Below are positions 54,375 to 64,000 of a DNA stretch of 64,000 bases, piece by piece. The notes beneath the pieces were generated by a model that searched no databases, had not been told where the DNA came from, and saw only the letters and a list, made by a program, of their open reading frames with translations. Origin of the DNA: Octopus vulgaris (lineage: Eukaryota); assembly GCA_951406725.2 (NCBI GenBank), contig OX597819.1, forward strand, positions 33,976,001-34,040,000. The letters are read 5' to 3'. Positions within the stretch are counted from its first letter, which is position 1. The number at the start of each line of letters is the position of its first letter. The position numbers were made by a program, and so were the translations under genes.

Positions 54375-55359
54375 CAAGAGTTGAACAAAATAATGGAAAC
54401 ACCTAGCATCATAGTATCATAATTTTGAAATATCTATAAAACTATCAAAAGCTTTGATTTATTATTAGTGTTGCTTAATATCTTTTGCTAAAATTGCTGT
54501 TTCTTTTCAGATATCATCAGAAAAAGATAATTAAAATTCATTGAAATGAGAGATCTGTCAGACTTTCAAAGAGGTCAAATTGTTGGTGCTCGTATGGCAG
54601 GAGCTAGCATAACGAAAACAGCTGAAATGTTTGGTGTAACAAGAAGTACTGTCTCGAAAGTAATGACAAACTTTGAGAAAGAGGGAAAAAAACTTCAGAA
54701 TTGGTCCCTAGAGCACTGTAAGAATGTTATTTTCTTGGACAAGTCATCCTTTACCTTATTTCTGACCACTGGCCGAGTATACGTGTGGAGACAGCCAAAA
54801 GAAGCATTTGACCCAGACTGCCTTATTCCGTCTGTTAAACATGGAGGATCTCTGATGATCTGGGGGGGGCTATATCTTGGAAATCTGCCAGCCCAATGGT
54901 TTCTCTTCATGGCAGAATTAATAGTCAAGACTATTTAAGCATTTTATCTGATCAAATGCATCCTATGTTTGCAGAACTGTTTCCGGAGGGAAATGCAATC
55001 TTACAGGATGATACTGCACCAATTCACACAGCTAAAGTTGTTACTGAATGGCACAAGAAACATTCTAGCGAAGTTGAACATCTTATCTGGCCACCACAGT
55101 CCACAGATCTCAATATTATTGAACATTTATGGTGCATTTTAGAAAAACAAGTAAGGAGTCGATACCTTCAACCATCATCACTTGGAGACTGTTTTAGCTA
55201 AAGAATGGACAAAAATTCCTTTGGAAACAATTCAAACTTTATACGAGTCCATACTTCATAGAATTCAAGCTGTAATTACTGCCAAAGGCAGTCCTACCCT
55301 ATATTAAAATAAATTTGTTTGAAATTTTAAGGTGTTTCCGTTATTTTGTCCAATGCCTG
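54375..55359 (+). mobile_element. Tc1 (DD34E) transposon, internally deleted and frameshifted
   Basis: TIRs caagagttgaacaaaataatggaaacacct / aggtgtttccgttattttgtccaatgcctg with TA flanks; MRDLSDFQRGQIVGARMAGAS, VKHGGSLMIWG, LQDDTAPIH...WPPQSTDLNIIEHLW. Confidence 0.93.
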
Positions 55360-56004
55360 TATATGTAATTCAAAGTATAAACAATAACAAGCAATGGAAT
55401 AAAGTTTTAGTTTTCAAAATGAAACAAAACTAACAATAAGATAGAAAAAGATTTTTGTTTTTGAAAACTTCCACTTAATCTATAATTGAAAAGTTTTCTC
55501 CTACTTTTTTTAATTGCAAAGTCTTTGATCAGATTCTCACTATGAAACCATGAACACTCTGAAATTATATTTCCAATCATATAAACATCATCATCATCAT
55601 CATCATCATCATCGTCATCATCATCACCACCACCACCACCACCACCATCACCATCGTTGTTTAACATCAATTTTCCATGCTGGCATAGGGTGGATGGTTT
55701 GACACTATCTCGCCAGCTGTTCCAATTCTAATTGTCTTCTCTGGCATGGTTTCTACAGCTGTATGCCCTTCCTGCAAGAGAAAGACCTCTCAGCTGGTAG
55801 AGGGGGTGAGGGCATGGCCATGAAGGACATGCCTGTATGTATGGATGGTCCCTTAGAATATTATTTTAGCAAGTTTTAAAGTGATTTCTTTTGTGCCATA
55901 AACCATTAAGGGAGGCAGTGCACTGCTTCACATGATGCCCTAAGCATGTATTTATTTTGCTTAATGGTTAATCCAGTACTGAGCATGTCTTTTAACTTCA
56001 TATA

Positions 56005-57290
56005 CAGGGTGTCCCAAAAATCACTGATGGGTTTCAATTTTTAATAACTTTCTTGACTTTGCAAATAAATGCAGGAAATATTGATACAATATAAAGGGCA
56101 TAAAGAAAATTTATATGTGCAGGAGTGGCTGTGTGGTAAGTAGCCTGCTAACCAACCACATGGTTCCGGGTTCAGTCCCACTGCATGGCATCTTGGGCAA
56201 GTGTCTTCTGCTATAGCCCCGGGTCGACCAATGCCTTGTGAGTGGATTTGGTAGACGGAAACTGAAAGAAGCCTGTCGTATATATGTATATATATATATA
56301 TGTGTGTATGTGTGTGTGTTTGTGTGTGTGTGATTGTCCCCCTAGCATTGCTTGACAACCGATGCTGGTGTGTTTACGTCCCTGTCACTTAGCGGTTCAG
56401 CAAAAGAGACTGATAGAATAAGTACTGGGCTTACAAAGAATAAGTCCCAGGGTCAATTTGCTCGACTAAAGGCAGTGCTCCAGCATGGCCGCAGTCAAAT
56501 GACTGAAACAAGTAAAAGAGTAAAGAGTATGCACAAGTCAAATTGTGCAACACCCCTACGTCACATATGAACAATATGACATCACTTAAATGGCAGCCAT
56601 TTTTGACTTCACACACCTGTGCTCTTTCCAAAACTTGCACCATAACACCCTCAAAAGTTTCAAACCCCACTTCTCTGACTTATCTATCGATATTCTCCTT
56701 CAGTTGAACCAGGATCTCCAGTTTGTTGATGTAAGCCCCTCTTTCAGTTATCTCCATAAGAAAAAATCCAGGCTAGTCAAGTTTGGAGAACATGAAGGCT
56801 AGTTGACATTGCCATAGCAGGAGATTATTCTTTCTCCAAAGCACTGCCATAGCAATTGCATTGTTTCTCTTGCAGTATGAGAAGTTGCCCCATCTTGCTG
56901 AAACCATGTGTGAGGTCTAATCTGAATGGCCTTCACATTCCCCAGACTTGACTAGCCTGGATTTTTTTTCTTCTGGGGATACCTGAAAGAGAGGGTTTAC
57001 ATCAACAAACCAGAGACCCTGACACAACTGAAGGAGAACATCAATAGAGAAATCAGAGAAGTGGGGCCTGAAACTCTTGAGGGTGTTATGGTGCAAGTTT
57101 TCGAATGAGTATAGGCTGCCATTTAAGCAATGCCATTTTTCATATGTGATGTAGTGGTGTGGCAAAATTTGACTCATGCATATTAACTTCCCTTATATCC
57201 TTTATATTGTATCAAAATTTCATGCATTTATTCGCAAAGTTAAGGAAGTTATTAAATATTGAAGCCCATCAGTGATTTTGGAACACCCTG
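56005..57290. mobile_element. DD41D (rosa/Visitor-type) Tc1/mariner derivative made of two inverted 3' ends; SINE A inserted at 56117-56527
   Basis: TIRs cagggtgtcccaaaaatcactgatggg / cccatcagtgattttggaacaccctg with TA flanks; minus strand WFQQDGATSHTA...N*PSCSPNLTSLDFF has 41 residues between the two Asp; plus strand repeats WPSHSPDLTSLDFF..WGYLKERVY. Confidence 0.9.
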
Positions 57291-57968
57291 TAAACTTTAC
57301 ATCATCTGTAAACTTTGCAGTGCATTTTACATTGAAGAAATAAGCCAACATTTAGACAATCATTTTCAGGAATAAATTTCAAAAACACAAATACATATGC
57401 CAATCCATTTCAACACAACAAGCCATTCCATTATCCTTTAATTAGTGTGCAACATTTCTGCACATCATGGATCCATGTACTCCGGGAAACAGAAGGAATG
57501 CTGTTTTATACCTAAAATTTTGAACTATAGCACCAATGGTTCTTCTTTTAATTCTCATTCTTATCCATCAACTCCCTTCTCATCGTGAATTTTTTTCCAT
57601 CCACCTCAACCACATCAGCTTCTCTTCCTCTTTCCAGTTCTCTCTCTCCTACTACTCACTGTCTATATATACACACCAATAGTGTCTTGCATTCCATATT
57701 GCTTACAACCAGATGCTCAAAAACAGATGATGTAAAACTTTGCAGTGTTTCGTTTTTCCCGCCCTATCTTCTCATCTTAACTTAAAAGAAGGGATTATAT
57801 GCAAAACACTGAACTCTTCACTCCCATGACAATTTTACTTTACTCTTCCTTCCTGTCACTTTTAACAAATAATTAGTGGTGGTCTACACTGGCAAGACTT
57901 GCATTATAATACAAGTCTTGTCAATGCAGACGACCTCAGATCCTGTTTCATCCGATACATAGAATCAT

Positions 57969-58000
<32 letters not shown>

Positions 58001-59168
58001 ACTGATGTATTCTTGTAACAGTATCAAGGACAAACACTGACATACAAACATATACACATATATGCATATATACATATATGTACATATATATACATATACA
58101 TATATACACATATACATATATATACATATATATACATATATATATATATATACATATATATACATATACATATATTTACATATACGACAGGCTTCTTCCA
58201 GTTTCCGTCAACCAAATCCACTCACAAGGCTTTGGTTGGCCCGAGGCTATAGTAGAAGACACTTGCCCAAGGTGTCACGCAGTGGGACTGAACCGATGAC
58301 CATGTAGTTGGTAAGCAAGCTACTTGCCACACAGCCTCTCCTACATATTCATATTTTTGTTTTCAGGAGTTGGCCAAGTCTATTGCAGCACAGCAACCAC
58401 AGCAACTTGCTATTTGTCTCATTTCTTTATCATGTCCTTCATATGGTCCACTAGAAGTATATATTGGAAGCACATTCTAATCACTATATGTGTAGTTTTT
58501 CATCTTTCTTTACATTTTGAGCTCAAATTCCGCTGAGGTCAACTTTGCCTTTCATCCTTTCAGGGTTGATAAATTAAGTACCAGTTGCATACTGGGGTCG
58601 ATCTAATCGACTGCCTCCACTCCCCAAAAGTATATATATGTTGTTTGTTATTATAATTACAACAACCTAATATAAATAGATGCATGGCTATGTGGTTAAG
58701 AAGCCTGCTTCTCAGTCTTTCAATCATTGGTTCAGTTCTGTTGCATGACACCTTAGACAAGTGTCTTCTACTACAACCTGAGGCCGACCAAAGATGTGTG
58801 AGTAGATTTGATAGATAGACACTGAAAGAAGCCTATCATGCATTATCATCATCATCATTTAACATCTTATAGCCACAGGCATGGTTGTGTGGTAAAAAGC
58901 TTGCTTCCCAGCCACATGCATCTGGGTTCAGATCCACTGTGTGGCACCTTGGGCAAGTCTCTTCTACTATAGTCTCGGGCTGACCAAAGCCTTGTGAGTG
59001 GATTTGGTAGACAGAAACTGAAAGAAGACTGTCATATATATATGTATATGTACCTATGTGTTTGTTTGTGTCTGTCTGTCCTCCACCATCACTTGAAAAC
59101 AGATGTTGGTGTGTTTACATACTCGTAACTTAGTAGTTCAGCAAAAGAGACCAACTTATATATATATA

Positions 59169-59575
59169 GGCGCAGGAGTGGCTGTGTGGTAAGTAGCTTG
59201 CTAACCAACCACATGGTTCCGGGTTCAATCCCACTGCGTGGCATCTTGGGCAAGTGTCTTCTGCTATAGCCCCGGGCCAACCAATGCCTTGTGAGTGGAT
59301 TTGGTAGACGGAAACTGAAAGAAGCCTGTCGTATATATGTATATATATATATGTGTGTGTGCGTGTTTGTGTGTCTGTGTTTGTCCCCCTAGCATTGCTT
59401 GACAACCGATGCTGGTGTGTTTACGTCCCCGTCACTTAGCGGTTCGGCAAAAGAGACCGATAGAATAAGTACTGGGCTTACAAAGAATAAGTCCCGGGGT
59501 CGATTTGCTCGACTAAAGGCAGTGCTCCAGCATGGCCGCAGTCAAATGACTGAAACAAGTAAAAGAGTAAAAGAG
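59169..59575 (+). mobile_element. Full-length young SINE family A (tRNA head, CORE-like ttgggcaagtgtctt, internal TA/TG tract); over 20 further copies or fragments in the window
   Basis: ggcgcaggagtggctgtgtggtaag...ggttccgggttcaatccc carries A/B-box-like motifs; nearly identical to 56117-56527. Confidence 0.92.
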
Positions 59576-59702
59576 AGATATAAGTACTAGGCTTACAAAC
59601 AATAAGTCCTGGGATCAATTTCTTTAACTAAAACCCTTTAAAGTGGTGCTCCAGCTTGGCTACAGTTTAATGACTGAAACAAGTAGCAGATAACAGATAT
59701 AT

Positions 59703-59853
59703 ATATTTTTATTAATATTTAGCAGAAGCAACAGAGTGGCACAAGGTCCAAGAGTTTCATGTGATGGCACTCATCACATTGATAAGTACCAATGCACGAA
59801 ACTTTTGGTCCTTGCGTCACTATGTTTCTTCTGTTAAATATTAATAGAAATAT
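59703..59853. repeat. Palindrome (74-bp arms) formed by two head-to-head hammerhead-like remnants
   Basis: Plus strand TTGATAA-GTAC-CAAT-GCAC-GAAAC-TTTTG-GTC (59779-59810); minus strand GTGATGA-GTGCCATCACAT-GAAAC-TCTTG-GAC. Confidence 0.75.
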
Positions 59854-60051
59854 GCATATACTCATATTCTGAGTTCTATTTTTCCTGTTTGCAACAGCTA
59901 TATATATATATATATATTTATTAATATAAATTGATTAATAATTAATTAATTTTACCCTCAATTGTTGAAATATATATATATATATATATATAGTTTGTAT
60001 AATATATATATAATATATATATAATAATATTATATATAATATATATATAAT

Positions 60052-60262
60052 AAGGTGGGCTGGCAGAATCGTTAGCACGCCGGGCGAAATGCTTTGCGGT
60101 ATTTCGTCCGCCGCTGCGTTCTGAGTTCAAATTCCGCCGAGGTTGACTTTGCCTTTCATCCTTTCGGGGTCAATAAATTAAGCACCAGTTGTGCACTGGG
60201 GTCGATGTAATCTGTCCTTGTTTGTCCCCTCTATGTTTAGCCCCTTGTGGGTAGTAAAGAAA
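60052..60262 (+). mobile_element. SINE family B
   Basis: gctggcagaatcgttagcacgccgggcgaaatgc...gaggttgactttgcctttcatcctttcgggg; same unit as the 14603 array. Confidence 0.88.
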
Positions 60263-61400
60263 TATATATATATATATAGTTTAAATTTACAAAAAACAAA
60301 ACAAAACACAAAGACATGTATAAACAACAAACAAGTGTATTAGTTTAATGCTGGGGAAGGTGAGACAGTCTTTTACATTTCGAACCTATGCTCTTCAACA
60401 GAAAGGAAATATATATATATATAAAAGTGTGGCTGTATGGTAAGAAGTTTGTTTCCCAACCACATGGTTCCAGGTTCAGTCCACATTGAGTCTTCTACTA
60501 TAGCATCAGGCCAACCTAAGCATTGTGAAAGGATTTGGTAAATGGAAATTGGAAACTGAAAGAAGTTCCTCGTATGTGTGTGTGTGTGTGTGTCTGTTTG
60601 TACCCTTGTCTTAACATAATTTGATGGTTGTAAATAAGGGTCACCATCATACAAATGAGGTTGTTCATTTCCAGTCTTCGATAGAAAACATGTTTGGCTA
60701 CAGGGAAATATTAATTTGCTTGAAAACAGATAAAGGCTGCTGGCAGGAAAGGCAACCAGCCATAGATAAATCTACCACAACAAATTCAGTCTCACCCATG
60801 CAAGCATGGAAACTGGGAATAAAAGTGACCCACAAGTATCTAACAACCATCACACTTAAGATAACTGATAGGGGTGGTCTCACTCCTGGAAGTAGTCTTC
60901 TAACTTGCTTGAGTGTGTTGGGTGTTTGTTTCATTATACTGAATAATAAAACTAAAATAAACACAAATACATAAGGTGTACTAGCCATCTGAATGTGACT
61001 AGCCACTGGGGGTGGGGTGTTACTGATGCTTTTAGCCCCAGGCGATCAACGTCACCAGATGGACTTTAGACACTATCTCAGTGCCCTTGTGTTATTTGCA
61101 AAGGGAGGTCATCCTCCCTCGAAGACCTAAGTACTACATATGGACTATAGTTTCAAGGTAATTGCTTCTCGTCAACGCATGGTAAGCACCGGTCTTCGAT
61201 GAAGGAGTCCCCTTGCAAATAATATATAACGTTTTTCACAAATACATATCTTTAAAAAAACGATATTCAATATGATCATATCAACTCATGTATTTTGAAT
61301 TAAATATAAAATAAAAATTTATTAAAATACATACATACATACATACATAAATACATACATACATACATACATAAATACATACATACATACATATATATAC

Positions 61401-61454
<54 letters not shown>

Positions 61455-61701
61455 GTAGGATTTGAGTTATTATTGAGCTATATAAGAATTGATGCAGCAG
61501 GTTAACATTCATTACATGATATTGGCCAAATAATATTTATAAATATTGATCTCAGTTATAAACTTTGATGTTTTGTTCTGTTACTTATATTGAGTATGCT
61601 TATATTTCATCAGTTTGTTGTCCATAAGTGAGAAATAGAAGCATACCCAATATAAGTAACAGACCAGATATATATTTATATCATCAAGTGCTGTATGATA
61701 T

Positions 61702-61731
<30 letters not shown>

Positions 61732-61733
<2 letters not shown>

Positions 61734-62476
61734 GAAAACCTGGGACGAGGTGGTGAAGCACGACCTTCGGACGTTAGGTCTCACCATGGAAATGACTAGA
61801 GACCGAGACCTATGGAAGTATGCTGTGCGTGAGAAGACCCGGCAAGACTAGTGAAGCCATAACCCGTGGCCCCTACCTGGGACGTAGTCAGTCCACCTGT
61901 GCATACCTTCCTTCTTGTGACACTTGTGAAGACCAGTTGAGGCAAGTGAGAATCGAATCAAATCAAATGAAATCGAACCAAATCAAAATAGATGAACATC
62001 AATGGAATTTGTATCCTTGTGGTACCAGTGCCGGTGGCACATAAGAAAACCATCCGAACGTGACCGTAGCCAGTACCACAACGACTGGCCTCCATGCTGA
62101 GGGCACGTTACAAACACCATCCGAGCATGGCCGTTCGCCAGCCTCGTCTGGCACCTGTGTCGGTGACACATAAGAAAACACCATCCGAGCGTGGCCGTCT
62201 GCCAGCCTCGTCTGGCACCTGTGTCGGTGGCACATAAAAAAAAAACACCATCCGAGCGTGGCCGTCTGCCAGCCTTGTCTGGCACCTGTGTCGGTGGCAC
62301 ATAAAATCACCCACTACACTCTCGGAGTGGTTGGCGTTAGGAAGGGCATCCAGCTGTAGAAACACTGCCAGATCTAACTGGCCTGGTGCAGCCTTCGGGC
62401 TTGCCAGACCCCAGTTGAACCGTCCAACCCATGCTAGCATGGAAAGCGGACGTTAAACGATGATGATGATGATGAT
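61732..62476 (+). mobile_element. Short 5'-truncated RTE copy (last codons, 3' UTR tandem array, (ATG)n tail)
   Basis: aggaaaacctgggacgaggtggtgaagcacgac matches the 640-760 region; tail gacgttaaacgatgatgatg. Confidence 0.92.
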
Positions 62477-62503
62477 ATATACATATGATATATATGATGT
62501 ATA

Positions 62504-63266
62504 TCTATATATATATTAAGATGAGAATGTGTGTCTGTGAGAATCCCTAAAACTCAAGAATTACACAAATGATTTCATTCAAATTTTACACATACATTGC
62601 ATATGGTCCGTGGAATGTCCAAAATTCTGAGGTCCCCACCACATAAACGGCACCTTTCTACAGATAATGAAAAATTTGGCTGCTATTTTTAGCAAGCATT
62701 GCTACCAAATAACAGCTATCTGTTTGTGATTCAAATCAGATTCACACATTTTCCTCCAAGTAAATAACTTAATCATTCTGTCATTGAACAATGCAAATTG
62801 ACACTTCGTTACATATACCCTGTATGGTGTATAGTTGTTTCCCATTCAACAACTTATGTCCAACTGGACAGAATCTAAATGCACTCGTGGTCCACTTTAC
62901 ACACATTTACATACTCTTTTATGAGATAACTTTTCGTGGTTGACGAAAGCCTTCTGAGTGGATTTTGTACATGGAAACTGGAAGAAGACTGTCATATATA
63001 TATATGTGTGTATATTTGTGTGTGTGTGTGTGTGTGTGTTTGTGCCCCACCATTGCTTGACAACCGATGTTGTGTTTACATTCCCATAACTTAGCAGTTT
63101 GGCAAAAGACACGGATAGAATAATTTTACAAAGAATAAATCCTGCAGTCAATTTGTTCGACCAGCATTGGTGCCCAAGTATGGCCACAGCCACATGACTG
63201 AAACAAGTAGAACAATACAAAAACTATGCCATTTTAATCTCAAGCAAGGCCGGGTATCTCTGCTAG
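62504..63266 (+). mobile_element. Non-autonomous Helitron with a nested SINE A fragment (about 62935-63215)
   Basis: 5' A|TCTATATA...aagatgagaatgtgtgtctgt; 3' decayed GC-rich hairpin ctcaagcaaggccggg followed by CTAG|T; no TSD. Confidence 0.7.
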
Positions 63267-63318
<52 letters not shown>

Positions 63319-63426
63319 CACACATATATATATCATATATATATATATATAAATATATACATATATATACAGGTGGTGTACAAAACAAACAGATGTATTA
63401 GTATAATACTCAGGAATTGAAAAAGT

Positions 63427-63462
63427 CTTTTACGTTTCGAGCCTGTGCTCTTCTACAGAAAG
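63427..63462 (-). ncRNA. Hammerhead-like motif with an A6U core variant
   Basis: Minus strand CTTT-CTGTAGA-A-GAGC-ACAG-GCTC-GAAAC-GTA-AAAG; helices I and II pair fully; a related copy lies at 60370-60405. Confidence 0.6.
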
Positions 63463-63567
63463 GGCCACTGAAAAAACAAGGAGAGAGAAAAAATGTGTGT
63501 ACCCTCTTTATAATGTTATCAGTTAACTTGAAAATTAGTATATGTATTGATGGAAAACCTCTATAAA

Positions 63568-63651
63568 TGGCTGATGATTGCTCAACATTTTAAAACTGTT
63601 GTAATACTTACAATGTTTAATAAAATGATGTAGCGTGAAACGATCATACCA
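63568..63651 (+). ncRNA. Hammerhead-like motif with a greatly extended helix II
   Basis: TGG-CTGATGA-[59-nt stem-loop ttgctcaacatttta...ttgtaa-tac-ttacaa...taaaatgatgtagcgt]-GAAAC-GATC-ATA-CCA. Confidence 0.65.
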
Positions 63652-63687
63652 AATTACCGAAGATATTCTTGTAGCTTATTTTGAGTA

Positions 63688-63756
<69 letters not shown>

Positions 63757-64000
63757 TCTGAGTAATAATCATATAGCATGCATTTCCAAAGCTCTTCTAC
63801 AGTTATCGGCTACCATATGCCATCATACAGTAGGAATACCCCTTTTATTTGGTATACATGAGGAAATCCACTAGTAGTCACAAAATTCCAGCAAAAGATT
63901 TAATAATACAAGAAGATGAAATGAACAAGCTTTAATCCAACTTTCAGAAATTGTTTCTGTGCATTAGCATCAGATGTTCATATTATACATTTTATGATAT

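Noticed and set aside
59169-59245. tRNA genes
   Set aside because: These are tRNA-derived SINE heads without a complete cloverleaf, continuing into SINE bodies.
60865-60900. Further hammerhead-like remnants (also near 57785 and 63950)
   Set aside because: Too many core substitutions to distinguish from chance by eye.
62020-62310. CRISPR-like repeat-spacer array
   Set aside because: Eukaryotic LINE 3' UTR; the variable parts are related to each other and there are no cas genes.

Overview
This is AT-rich, microsatellite-dense eukaryotic DNA, most likely from an octopus (inferred from the tRNA-derived SINE families, RTE LINEs ending in (ATG)n tails, and very abundant (TA)n/(CA)n/(TATG)n tracts). 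I found no convincing host protein-coding exon, so the window reads as intronic or intergenic sequence built almost entirely from mobile elements. It holds a near-full-length RTE LINE (minus strand, about 1-4320) whose ORF is broken only by single-base deletions and carries a PHD-type C4HC3 finger inside the RT C-terminal region. There are several 5'-truncated copies of that family and a second RTE family ending in three C2H2 zinc fingers. DNA transposons include three mariner relics, a Tc1 element, a DD41D element made of two inverted 3' ends, and a non-autonomous Helitron. Decayed Penelope-like RT and GIY-YIG fragments and dozens of SINEs fill much of the rest. The most unusual signal is a scatter of about ten minimal hammerhead-ribozyme-like motifs, often next to (TA)n tracts and often inside long fold-back repeats; two of them sit in direct repeats 595 bp apart, a retrozyme-like layout. 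Most ORFs in the supplied track are microsatellite or antisense artefacts. All alignments and folds were done by eye and coordinates of decayed elements are approximate.
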